Shown: positions 1-8,452 of the stretch, piece by piece
Layout of the letters: every line of letters begins with the position of its first letter
Numbering within the stretch: the stretch's first letter is position 1
Assembly (NCBI GenBank): GCA_963422735.1
Contig: OY730476.1
Location: 1,280,001-1,344,000, forward strand
Source: Candidatus Latescibacterota bacterium
GTDB lineage: Bacteria; Latescibacterota; UBA2968; UBA8231
Direction of reading: 5' to 3'
Length of the DNA stretch: 64,000 nt
The notes under the pieces: generated by a model
Database searches by the model: none
Told to the model about the DNA's origin: nothing
What the model saw: the letters and a program-made list of their open reading frames with translations, nothing else
Program-made: the position numbers and the translations under genes

Positions 1-162
1 AGCGGTCCGGGGTTCGGGTCGTCCAACAATTTGGCCCCGGCCCTCGGCTTGGGCGCACGCACCCGCGTCGATACCCTCGAAATCCGCTGGCCCAACGGCG
101 CACACCAAGTGTACACAGATTTGGAAATCGACCGTTTCCACTCCTTTGCCGAGCAGCCCTGA
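1..162 (+). CDS. 3' end of CRTAC1/ASPIC-UnbV family protein (partial, begins before window)
   Basis: Frame +1 reads SGPGFGSSNNLAPALGLGARTRVDTLEIRWPNG...EQP*, matching the ASPIC/UnbV C-terminal pattern (GLG..V..I.WP.G). Confidence 0.8.
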   Translation, partial: SGPGFGSSNNLAPALGLGARTRVDTLEIRWPNGAHQVYTDLEIDRFHSFAEQP

Positions 163-163
163 G

Positions 164-1375
164 ATGGCGTGGCGACTGTTCTGCGCGGCATTTGCGCTGG
201 CCTCCTGCGCCTCCGAGCCTGCGTCGGCACCAGATACAACCGAGCACCTTGCCCGTGCCCGCGTTCACTTTGCGGCAACCCGCTTTGAAGAAGCGGCGGC
301 CGCCGCCCGCGCCGGGTTAGCCCTCGACTCGACGAACGCCGACCTCCACAATGTGCTGGCCTCGTCCCACGCGGCTCAGGGCCGGTACGCACTGGCCATA
401 GAATCCCTCGAAACAACCGTCCGCCTCAAGCCCGATTACGCCATGGGCTTTGTCAATCTCGGCGGGATTTACACCAAGCTGGGCCAGTACGATCGCGCCG
501 ACACCTATCTCCAGCGCGCCGTCCAACTCAACCCCGACAACTCGCCGGTGCGCCGGCGCTTGGGCGAGCTATACTTGGCCACGGGCCGCTACACCGAGGC
601 CACCCGCGAGCTGCTCGAAGCCCTGCGCCTCTTTCCCAACGACGCTACTCTCTACTACTACCTCGGCCAAAGCCTTGCGGCCGAGGGCCGGCAGGACGAT
701 GCCTTGGAGGCCTTTCAGCGCGCCACCTTGCTCGACATCGGCTTTGCCGACGCCTTCTATCGCCTCGCCACACTCGCCCGCAAGGCCGGTCGCAATACCT
801 TGGCGCAGCAGGCCCTAACGAGTTTTGAGCACCTGCAAACTCTCGGCGGCAAGGAGATCAAGCGACTGCGTGCAGCCATCCTCAACGCGCCCGAAGAAGC
901 CGCCCATCACTACAACCTCGGCCTGTTCTTCGTCCGGCACGGGTACTTTGCCCAAGCCGAGAACAAATTCAACCGGGCCGTCGCCCTGCGCCCCGGGGAC
1001 CTCGCCCTGCTCAACCGCCTCGCCGGCGACCTCCTCAAGTTGCAACAGCCCGAAGCCGCGCTCCGCTATGTACAGGTCTCCCTCGACCAAGACCCAAGAT
1101 ACTTTCCTGCCTTGCTCAACGCCGGCCACATCGCCGGCCAGCGCGGACGCTACGGCGAGGCCGTCGCCTACTGCCGCCGAGCGGTTGCGGTGCGCCCAGA
1201 CGACGCCGAGGGCTGGTACCTCCTCGGCTTGGGCCTGTTCAGCAACGGGGAACGCGCCGCCGCCGAACAGGCGTTGCGCCGCAGCCTAGCACTGAGCGCG
1301 GACGCTGAGGCGCTGCACGCCAAGGCCCAGCAACTTCTCAACACCCTGCAACAACAATCCACAGGAACGCCGTGA
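164..1375 (+). CDS. Tetratricopeptide-repeat lipoprotein
   Basis: ATG at 164 directly after the upstream stop; lipobox-like LASC; about 10 TPR repeats (A...LG..Y...G.Y..A...L..AL.L.P). Confidence 0.9.
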   Translation: MAWRLFCAAFALASCASEPASAPDTTEHLARARVHFAATRFEEAAAAARAGLALDSTNADLHNVLASSHAAQGRYALAIESLETTVRLKPDYAMGFVNLGGIYTKLGQYDRADTYLQRAVQLNPDNSPVRRRLGELYLATGRYTEATRELLEALRLFPNDATLYYYLGQSLAAEGRQDDALEAFQRATLLDIGFADAFYRLATLARKAGRNTLAQQALTSFEHLQTLGGKEIKRLRAAILNAPEEAAHHYNLGLFFVRHGYFAQAENKFNRAVALRPGDLALLNRLAGDLLKLQQPEAALRYVQVSLDQDPRYFPALLNAGHIAGQRGRYGEAVAYCRRAVAVRPDDAEGWYLLGLGLFSNGERAAAEQALRRSLALSADAEALHAKAQQLLNTLQQQSTGTP

Positions 1376-2178
1376 CCGCGCTGCTTTCGCTCTTTTTGCC
1401 CCTCGCCCTCCATCTTGCTTGTAGCGGTCCAGATCCCCGCGCTGAGGATTGGTCCCAACACTATCAAACTGGGCGCACAGCCTTTGGCCAGAGCCGTTTC
1501 GCCGAGGCCGAACGAGCCCTATCCCGCGCCCTGACCTTAGCCGAGGCGTTTGCCCCCGACGACCCGCGCTACGGCCGCACCGCCCATCAGCTCGCCCAGC
1601 TCCACGTGGTGCGCGGCGAACTCGCGCGGGCCGAAAGCCTCTACCAACACTTGCGCGAGCGGCAAGCGGCTTTCCCCGACGACCATCCCGACAAGGTGTT
1701 GACCCTCGACAAGTTAGGCGACACCTATCGGCTCCAGCAGCGGCCGTCCGAGGCCGCCGCGCTCTACGGCCGCGTCCTCGCCTTTCAGCAGGTGCATCGA
1801 GGCGATGGGGAAGTCGCCGCGACCATGCAGAAATTATCCGACCTCTACCGAGCACAGGGCGACCGCGCCGCGGCCGATTCCCTCGCGCAGCGCGCCCAAG
1901 CCCTAAACCTCCGCGCCCGCGCCCACGCCCTGTTCCTCCAAGGCCACTACCAACAGGCCGCGCCCCTGTACCTCAGCGCGCTGGCCCTACAAGCGGGCGA
2001 TCATCCCGACTTGGCCCGCACCTGTTACTACCTAGGCCGCCTGTACGACGCGCAGGATCGCTATCGGCAGGCCGAGCACTTCTACCGGCGCGCCCTTGCT
2101 GCGTCTCCCGCCAGCGACCCCGATCGAGTCGGCGCAGCACTCGCCGACCTGCTCGCCCGCAAGGCTGCCCATCCCTAA
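1372..2178 (+). CDS. Tetratricopeptide-repeat lipoprotein (kinesin-light-chain-like TPRs)
   Basis: Lipobox LAC; repeats such as DHPDLARTCYYLGRLYDAQDRYRQAEHFYRRAL; overlaps the previous stop (GTGA). Confidence 0.85.
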   Translation: MTALLSLFLPLALHLACSGPDPRAEDWSQHYQTGRTAFGQSRFAEAERALSRALTLAEAFAPDDPRYGRTAHQLAQLHVVRGELARAESLYQHLRERQAAFPDDHPDKVLTLDKLGDTYRLQQRPSEAAALYGRVLAFQQVHRGDGEVAATMQKLSDLYRAQGDRAAADSLAQRAQALNLRARAHALFLQGHYQQAAPLYLSALALQAGDHPDLARTCYYLGRLYDAQDRYRQAEHFYRRALAASPASDPDRVGAALADLLARKAAHP

Positions 2179-2198
2179 CGCCCTACAGGAGTTTCTTT

Positions 2199-3200
2199 AT
2201 GAACCGCCCCCCCACAGAGTTCAAACACATTGCCTCCGCCGACCTCAGAGCCTTTGGTACGGCCTGCCTGAGTGCCGCTGGCTTGTCCGCTGCACACGCC
2301 GCGCAGTTGGCCGACCTACTGACCAATTCGGACTTGCGCGGCGTACGCTCGCACGGCACCCGCGCCCTGTACGGGTACTGCTGCACGATCCGCGACAAAA
2401 AGGCCAACCCAGACCCAGACATCCGCGTCCTGCGCGAAAGCGACACCCACATCTTTGTCGATGGCGATGGCAGCCTCGGGTACGCGCCGACCATGCTGGC
2501 CACAGAACGCGCCATAGCCAAGGCCAAGGAAAAGGGCCTTGCCGTCGGCGCGGCCTGCCATATCGGGCACTACGGCTCAGCGGGGCACTATGTGCGCCGC
2601 GCTATGGCGGAAAACTGCGTGGGTTTCTCAGTGCAAGCGGCCTATCCTCAGTACTACCCCAGCAACGACGGCAAGCGCGCCGCCCACTACGGCAACCCGC
2701 CCTTGTGCTTTGGCCTGCCCGGGCAAGAAAGGCCACCGGTGGTGCTCGACGTGGCCACCTGCATCCTCGCCGACTACCAACGCGGCGAGCAGATCGAAGC
2801 TATTGAAGAGTTGATCCCGGCGGCCTTCTTCAAGTCCATGGGCTACACCGCAATCGCCACCCTGCTCGGCGGAGCTTTTGTCGGCCAAGGCGGCGATCGC
2901 GCCCGCGCGATCGCCGCGCAATGGCCGGCCGCGCGCATGGGCAGTTTGATCCTCGTCCTCGACTTGGGACTCTTCGCGCCCGCTCCGCAAGTGCGCCGCG
3001 GCGTCGATGAACTGGTGCGCCTAGCGAGCGAGCAGATGATCCCGCTGCGCGGGTACGACGAAGTCGCCCTGCCCGGCACACCCGAACACCGCAACGAGGA
3101 AGCGTACGCACGCGACGGCGTACCCGTCGGCTTAGAGGACGTCGAGCGCCTCACCGAGTGCGGCCGGGCCTTTGGCGTCGCCCCCCCGTGGCTGGACTAA
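2199..3200 (+). CDS. Ldh_2 family (malate/L-lactate/sulfolactate/ureidoglycolate dehydrogenase-like) oxidoreductase
   Basis: Motifs SDLRGVRSHG, VDGDGSLG, HIGHYGSAGHY, GNPPLCFG, LDVAT; AGGAG RBS before ATG 2199 (the 1449 ORF start is spurious). Confidence 0.85.
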   Translation: MNRPPTEFKHIASADLRAFGTACLSAAGLSAAHAAQLADLLTNSDLRGVRSHGTRALYGYCCTIRDKKANPDPDIRVLRESDTHIFVDGDGSLGYAPTMLATERAIAKAKEKGLAVGAACHIGHYGSAGHYVRRAMAENCVGFSVQAAYPQYYPSNDGKRAAHYGNPPLCFGLPGQERPPVVLDVATCILADYQRGEQIEAIEELIPAAFFKSMGYTAIATLLGGAFVGQGGDRARAIAAQWPAARMGSLILVLDLGLFAPAPQVRRGVDELVRLASEQMIPLRGYDEVALPGTPEHRNEEAYARDGVPVGLEDVERLTECGRAFGVAPPWLD

Positions 3201-3247
3201 GGCCGCGTCGGTTCCTACCTTAACGAACCGCAAAAAGGAGACATTCT

Positions 3248-4114
3248 ATGAGCCTGACGCGTGCGCGCCGCGCCGAGCTAAAGCGCTATGCCATCCAATT
3301 GCGCCGCTTAGTCGTCGAGTCGGTACACCACGCTGGAGCCGGCCACTTGGGCGGCCCCATGTCTGCGGCCGAACTACTCGTCGCCCTGTACTTCGCCGAG
3401 CTGAACATCGATCCGGCCCGGCCCCGCGACGAAAACCGCGACCGCTTCATCCTGTCCAAGGGACACTCTTCGATCGGCCTCTACGCGGCTTTGGCCCTGC
3501 GCGGCTACCTGCCCATCGAGGAACTCGCCACCTTTGACGCTATTGACTCCCGCCTACAGGGTCACCCGGACATGAGCGTCCTCCCCGGCCTCGACATGTC
3601 CACCGGCTCGTTGGGCCAAGGCCTGTCACCCGGCCTCGGCATGGCCCTCGCCGCCCGTCTGAAGGGGCAGGACTTTCGCACTTGGGTGATGATCGGCGAC
3701 GGCGACTCTCAGGAGGGGCAGATATGGGAGGCAGCCTTTGTCGCAGCCCGCTACGGCCTCGACAATCTCACCGCCATCCTCGACTGGAACGGCCTTCAGC
3801 AATACGGCTGGGCCACTGAAAAGGGCTACGACGCGCTCGACCGCTTGGCACCGCAGGAAAATCCACTTAGCCGCTGGCGCGCCTTTGGCTGGAACGCCAT
3901 CGAGACCGATGGCCACGACTTCCCCGCCATTTTCTCGGCCTTTGCCGCAGCCAAGGCGCACCGCGGCCAACCCACCATCATCGTCGCCCGCACGGTCAAG
4001 GGCAAAGGGATATCCTACATGGAAAACGACTTCAACTGGCACTCCAAGCCGGTGACCGACCAAGACCTCAAACGAGCGCAGGATGAGCTCGCCGCGCAGG
4101 AGGCAGCCCTGTGA
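3248..4114 (+). CDS. Transketolase, N-terminal (ThDP-binding) subunit
   Basis: GHLGG, RDRFILSKGH, LQGHP, STGSLGQG, GDG..QEGQIWEA. Confidence 0.95.
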   Translation: MSLTRARRAELKRYAIQLRRLVVESVHHAGAGHLGGPMSAAELLVALYFAELNIDPARPRDENRDRFILSKGHSSIGLYAALALRGYLPIEELATFDAIDSRLQGHPDMSVLPGLDMSTGSLGQGLSPGLGMALAARLKGQDFRTWVMIGDGDSQEGQIWEAAFVAARYGLDNLTAILDWNGLQQYGWATEKGYDALDRLAPQENPLSRWRAFGWNAIETDGHDFPAIFSAFAAAKAHRGQPTIIVARTVKGKGISYMENDFNWHSKPVTDQDLKRAQDELAAQEAAL

Positions 4115-5058
4115 ACCTCTCCACCACCGGCGAGATGCTGGCCCAGCGCGACGCCTTTGGTGACGCGCTCATCGAACTCATTGACCGCGACCCGCGCGTG
4201 TACGTGCTCGACGGCGACTTGGCCAACTCGACCAAGGCCGACAAAGTCTCCCGCGAGCGGCCCGACCGCTTCCTCGAAATGGGCATTGCTGAGCAAAACA
4301 TGATGGGCGTTGCCGCCGGCATGGCTACCTGCGGCCTCGTGCCGTGGCTGAGCAGCTTCGCCTGCTTCCTCGTCAACCGCGACCTCGATCAGCTCCGCGT
4401 CGTCGTCGCCCAGCCCAACCTGCCGGTCAAACTTTGCGGTGCCTACTCGGGCCTATTGACCGGCAAAACCGGCAAAACCCATCAAGAAGTCGCCGACATT
4501 TCCGTCATGCGGGCCATGCCGAATACGACCGTTTTGGCCCCGGCCGACGCCGTAGAGGTCCGCGCCTGTATGCTGGTGGCCAACGACCTATCTGGCCCCG
4601 TGTACGTGCGCATGACGCGCGACCCGGAGCCGATCATTTTTCCGGCGGACTACGAATTTGAACTGGGCCGCGCCCTTACCGTGCGCGAGGGCGCAGACGT
4701 CGCCCTCATATCCACGGGGGCCCAAACCCCGCGCTGCCTCGCCGCGGCCGACGAATTGGCGCGCGAAGGGATCTCGGTGCTCGTCCTGCATGTGCCGACC
4801 CTCAAGCCACTCGACGCAGACGCCATTGTCGCCGCCGCCGAGCAGACGGGCCGCGTAGTAACGGCCGAAGACCACACCATCATCGGCGGCTTAGGCGGCG
4901 CGGTCGCCGAGGTGCTGGGCGAGCGGCGTCCCACGCCCATGCGGCGCGTCGGCCTGCGCGACGTATTCGGCGAATCCGCGCCTAACGAAGACCTGCTGCA
5001 AAAATACGGTCTGACCCCCGGGCACGTCGCGCAGGCGGCGCGGACGCTGCTCTCTTGA
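4111..5058 (+). CDS. Transketolase, C-terminal subunit
   Basis: RFLEMGIAEQNMMGVAAG, G.THQ, EDH.IIGGLG; overlaps the N-terminal subunit gene. Confidence 0.95.
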   Translation: MNLSTTGEMLAQRDAFGDALIELIDRDPRVYVLDGDLANSTKADKVSRERPDRFLEMGIAEQNMMGVAAGMATCGLVPWLSSFACFLVNRDLDQLRVVVAQPNLPVKLCGAYSGLLTGKTGKTHQEVADISVMRAMPNTTVLAPADAVEVRACMLVANDLSGPVYVRMTRDPEPIIFPADYEFELGRALTVREGADVALISTGAQTPRCLAAADELAREGISVLVLHVPTLKPLDADAIVAAAEQTGRVVTAEDHTIIGGLGGAVAEVLGERRPTPMRRVGLRDVFGESAPNEDLLQKYGLTPGHVAQAARTLLS

Positions 5059-5195
5059 CCGCTGTATCCAAATATCCGTAATTAGATGTGATTCACTACC
5101 GCAACCGATATCCACAAGCTGCTGATGACGCGACATACTGGGTTTACTTGCCACACAGGGTGTTTGTCCACCAGCAGAAGCTCATACGAGCCATT

Positions 5196-5226
5196 AGAGT
5201 GCATCTCAGATGCACTCTTTTTCTTT
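5196..5226 (+). terminator. Intrinsic terminator hairpin upstream of the zinc-ribbon gene
   Basis: AGAGTGCATC-TCA-GATGCACTCT perfect 10-bp stem followed by TTTTCTTT. Confidence 0.7.
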
Positions 5227-5264
5227 GGCCGGTATAGCCGGTGCTACGGGAAACGAGAGGCCGC

Positions 5265-5975
5265 ATGAAAGAGGGTTTGCTGCAACTGTTGAAGCTCCAA
5301 GAAGTGGATAAGAGGCTCTTCGCGCTCGAAGAGGCCAAAGAAAAATATCCCGCTGAAATCGACCTGCGTCGCAGCAGGATAGCAAAAGCGCGGGCCGTCT
5401 TGTCCGATATAGAGGCCCAGAGTGCCGAGTTCGAAAAGCAGCAGCGGCATTGCGAGCGCGAAATCGAAAGTGGCAAGGCCAACCTGCGCGAGCGCGAGGG
5501 GCGCTTTGCCGTGGTGACCACCAACAAGGAATACGATTCCCTCCAGCTTGAGATCGAGATTTGCAAAAAGGACCTTGCCGAGCACGAGACGCAGTTGCTC
5601 AAAGCCATTGAGGGCCTAGAGCGAATTCAGGAGCAGATCGCCGAAGAGCAAGGCGCTTTTGAAGAAGTCCGCGAGGCCGAGCAAGGACGCATCGACGAGC
5701 TCGAAGGCCAGCTCGGCACCATGCAGGAGCAAATCGACGAAGTCGCAACGAGCCGACAGATGGTCGCCAAGGTCATTGATGAAATTGACTCCCAATTGAT
5801 GCGGATGTACGAGCGCAAGAAGGGGCGGCGTGGGATTCGCGTCGCGGCCGTGCGCAAGGAGGCTTGCGGTGCTTGCTTTTACCAGATGCCCGCCCAAACC
5901 CTCAACGAGGTTCGCATCGGTGGTCGAGTCATCTCCTGCGAAAGCTGCGGCACCATCATGGTCTGGGACGGGTAA
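5265..5975 (+). CDS. Coiled-coil protein with C-terminal C4-type zinc ribbon (DUF164-like)
   Basis: LL.LQ..D start, long coiled coil, TNKEY, then CGAC...CESC; commonly syntenic with rnpB. Confidence 0.9.
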   Translation: MKEGLLQLLKLQEVDKRLFALEEAKEKYPAEIDLRRSRIAKARAVLSDIEAQSAEFEKQQRHCEREIESGKANLREREGRFAVVTTNKEYDSLQLEIEICKKDLAEHETQLLKAIEGLERIQEQIAEEQGAFEEVREAEQGRIDELEGQLGTMQEQIDEVATSRQMVAKVIDEIDSQLMRMYERKKGRRGIRVAAVRKEACGACFYQMPAQTLNEVRIGGRVISCESCGTIMVWDG

Positions 5976-5988
5976 TCGGTTTGATTTT

Positions 5989-6364
5989 GGGAGGAGTAAG
6001 TCGGGCGGGCGCGCCAGCGGCTCCTAGCGGCTGCTGGTGAGGAAAGTCCGAGCTCCACAGGACAGGATGCTGGGTAACGCCCAGGGGGGGCGACCCCACA
6101 GACAGTGCCACAGAAAACACACCGCCCAGTTTGCTGGGTAAGGTTGAAAAGGTGAGGTAAGAGCTCACCGCACCTGCGGCGACGCGGGTGGCAGGGTAAA
6201 CCTCATCCGGAGCAAGGCTAAGTAGGGGAAAAGAGGTGGTCCGCCTCGCTATATTCCCGGGTAGGCCGCACCGAGGCGGCCGGGCAACCGCCGCCCCAGA
6301 TGAATGCCCGCACAGCGCACTTCAGGTGCGTGGACAGAACTCGGCTTATAGACTCACTCCTCCC
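5989..6364 (+). ncRNA. rnpB: RNase P RNA (bacterial class A)
   Basis: Conserved GAGGAAAGTCC, CAGTGCCACAGAAA, GGTAAACC, ACAGAACTCGGCTTA; terminal helix GGGAGGAGT.../...ACTCCTCCC. Confidence 0.97.
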
Positions 6365-6367
6365 ACA

Positions 6368-6400
6368 CCCGGGGCCGGCGGCTCCGGGTGATTTTTCTTT
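6368..6400 (+). terminator. Probable terminator after rnpB
   Basis: CCCGGGGCC...GGCTCCGGG hairpin followed by a T-rich tract. Confidence 0.6.
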
Positions 6401-6414
6401 CTTTGGAGAGCTAT

Positions 6415-7494
6415 ATGTTCCCTCTGATCGCCGCGCTGGTGCTAATTGCCGCGCGGCTTCCCGCCCAACAGCTCGAGCGCTATGCGATCGAGCCTCTGGT
6501 CTCGCAGCTAGCCGAAGGCTATATCGACTGGACGCAACACGCGCTCTTTGCCTATGGCGACGGCACCGCGCCCGCGGCTGTCTCCGACCTCGTACAGCAG
6601 CGGCTCCACGGGTTGCGCAATGCCCGGGACGCGGCGTTCCGCAACATGCGCGAACTAATCGGCCAAGTCCGCCTCAACGCCGACACCCAACTGCAAGACG
6701 CTAGCTTCAATGGCGATTTTCAAGAACTCGCCCGCGTGGCCATTGGCTCGCAAAGCGAGGGCCAAGGGAGCTATCGCATCGCCGTGCGTCTGCTTCTGCT
6801 AGGCGATTTCGCGGATGCGGTGCTGCCCCAAGTTGAGCCTATAGACCCAAGATCATACGACCTGAGCCACTTCGACGACTCCCCCGATTCGCTAACGACG
6901 CCAGCTATCGCCGATTCCCTCGCAATGCCACCCACCGCTGATTCCCTCGCACTGGATACCCCCGACTCGCTAACGACGCCAGCTACTCCCGCCGACTCCC
7001 TCCCGGCAGACGAGCTCGTGTTTTTCGTGCCCGAAGCACCCTACACGGGCCTGCTCGTCGATGTTCGCGGGCTCGGGCTGCAACCGAGCATAGCACCGCG
7101 AGTGCTCAGCGCGGCTGGGCACGTGATTCACGGTGCGGCCACCGTAACCCGCAGTCTCGCCACGGACTACGGAGTCGCCGGTTACGACGACGACATCGAC
7201 CGCGCCTACACAAGCGAACGGCTCGGCGGGGAGGAGGCCAATCCTTTCGTCGTCAAGGCCACGGACGCGGCTGGCCGCTACTCGGGCGATGCCATCCTCG
7301 ACAACTTCGATGCCGCGCAGGTGCTGCAAGCTGATGAGGTCGGCGATTTCTTGCGCCAAGGCCGGGTGACCTTCCTCCTCGGCCCCGAGCCAGCGGCCTT
7401 CGATTCTACCTATACTGATAGTTTCATGCTAGAAGGAGAGGGAAATGAGTTTGAGCTTTACGGAGAAATGGAACCAAGCGACTGGCCGGAATAA
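6415..7494 (+). CDS. Secreted LPP20-like hypothetical protein with a DSL-repeat linker
   Basis: Signal peptide; IDW..G.G and ARDAAFRN..E.I..V; C-terminal YTGLLVDVRG...P.IAPRV; GGAGAG RBS. Confidence 0.6.
   Translation: MFPLIAALVLIAARLPAQQLERYAIEPLVSQLAEGYIDWTQHALFAYGDGTAPAAVSDLVQQRLHGLRNARDAAFRNMRELIGQVRLNADTQLQDASFNGDFQELARVAIGSQSEGQGSYRIAVRLLLLGDFADAVLPQVEPIDPRSYDLSHFDDSPDSLTTPAIADSLAMPPTADSLALDTPDSLTTPATPADSLPADELVFFVPEAPYTGLLVDVRGLGLQPSIAPRVLSAAGHVIHGAATVTRSLATDYGVAGYDDDIDRAYTSERLGGEEANPFVVKATDAAGRYSGDAILDNFDAAQVLQADEVGDFLRQGRVTFLLGPEPAAFDSTYTDSFMLEGEGNEFELYGEMEPSDWPE
6881..7005 (+). repeat. Intragenic imperfect tandem repeats encoding (P/A)DSL units
   Basis: CCCCGAyTCGCTAACGACGCCAGCTA occurs twice and GCyGAyTCCCTC three times; the protein has 5x DSL. 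Confidence 0.8.
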
Positions 7495-8260
7495 CTCGCT
7501 GGTCTGCGTCGGGCTGGATACCGTTCCTGCGCAGCTACCCGTCAGCGTCCGCGCCAAAGCCGACCCGGTCCTCTACTTCAACCAGCAAATCATCGACGCC
7601 ACATGCGACCTCGTCTGCTGCTACAAGCCCAACTTCGCTTTCTACGGTGCCCTCGGCGCGGGCGGCTTTGCCACGCTCAAGCGCACCCTTGACCACATCC
7701 CCGCGGACATCCCGGTGCTCATCGACGCTAAGGTTGGCGACATGGGCAACACGGCCGAGCAATACGCCCGCACCTTCTACGAGGTCCTCGGCTGCGACGC
7801 GCTGACGGTGACTCCCTATTTGGGCCACGACTGCGTCGCGCCCTTCACCGCGTACAAAGACCGCACTACCTTTCTCGTCTGCCTGACTTCCAACCTAGGG
7901 GCCGATGATTTTCAGAAGGAGCATCTAGGCGACCGGCCCCTGTACGAGCAGGTAATCGCCAAGGCACACGCTTGGAACGCGGCCAACAACATCGGACTCG
8001 TCGTCGGGGCAACCCAACCGGCCGGCTTGGCCCGCGTCCGCGCCCTTGCCCCGGATGTGCCCTTGCTCATCCCCGGCATCGGTGCCCAAGGCGGCGATAT
8101 TGCAGCGGTGGTCAAAAACGGCTGCGACGCCCGCGGCGCGGGCATCCTCATCAACTCCTCGCGCGGCATTCTCTACGCCTCCCAAGGCAGCGATTTCGCG
8201 GCCGCGGCCCGGCAGGCGACCCTAACCCTGCGCGACGCCATCAACGCCCACCGCCCCTGA
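7445..8260 (+). CDS. pyrF: Orotidine-5'-phosphate decarboxylase (subfamily 2)
   Basis: VCVGLD, YKPNFAFY, DAKVGDMGNT, VVGAT, LIPGIGAQGG, NSSR. Confidence 0.96.
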   Translation: MSLSFTEKWNQATGRNNSLVCVGLDTVPAQLPVSVRAKADPVLYFNQQIIDATCDLVCCYKPNFAFYGALGAGGFATLKRTLDHIPADIPVLIDAKVGDMGNTAEQYARTFYEVLGCDALTVTPYLGHDCVAPFTAYKDRTTFLVCLTSNLGADDFQKEHLGDRPLYEQVIAKAHAWNAANNIGLVVGATQPAGLARVRALAPDVPLLIPGIGAQGGDIAAVVKNGCDARGAGILINSSRGILYASQGSDFAAAARQATLTLRDAINAHRP

Positions 8261-8308
8261 GCCGTTGTTGCCATCCTCCATAGCTATCTCTATTTTTTTG
8301 CAACGAGT

Positions 8309-8386
8309 CGGGGTGTGGCGCAGTCCGGTTAGCGCACCTGCTTTGGGAGCAGGATGTCGTCGGTTCGAATCCGACCACCCCGACCA
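8309..8386 (+). tRNA. tRNA-Pro(TGG)
   Basis: CGGGGTG acceptor stem, anticodon arm CCTGC-TTTGGGA-GCAGG, GTTCGAATC T-loop, CCA end. Confidence 0.97.
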
Positions 8387-8452
8387 CAACTCCCTCTAGA
8401 TCCCCTTTCCTCGCACAGCGAAATTCGCGACCCTTCACGGCAAGGATGAACC

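Noticed and set aside
1449-2198. N-terminal 250 aa of the 583-aa ORF 1449..3200
   Set aside because: It is an Arg/Pro-rich shadow frame of the TPR gene; the real gene starts at ATG 2199 after an AGGAG RBS.
5064-5116. Three TATCC-containing 9-mers resembling DnaA boxes (possible oriC)
   Set aside because: Only one approaches TTATCCACA, and there is no AT-rich unwinding element or dnaA context.
5084-5135. Fluoride (crcB) riboswitch-like words GATG...TTC...ACCGC...GCTGATGAC
   Set aside because: The required P1 and pseudoknot pairings are not satisfied, and no fluoride-related gene follows.
8309-8386. tRNA-Pro as an integration site
   Set aside because: I saw no duplicated tRNA 3' end and no integrase in the window.
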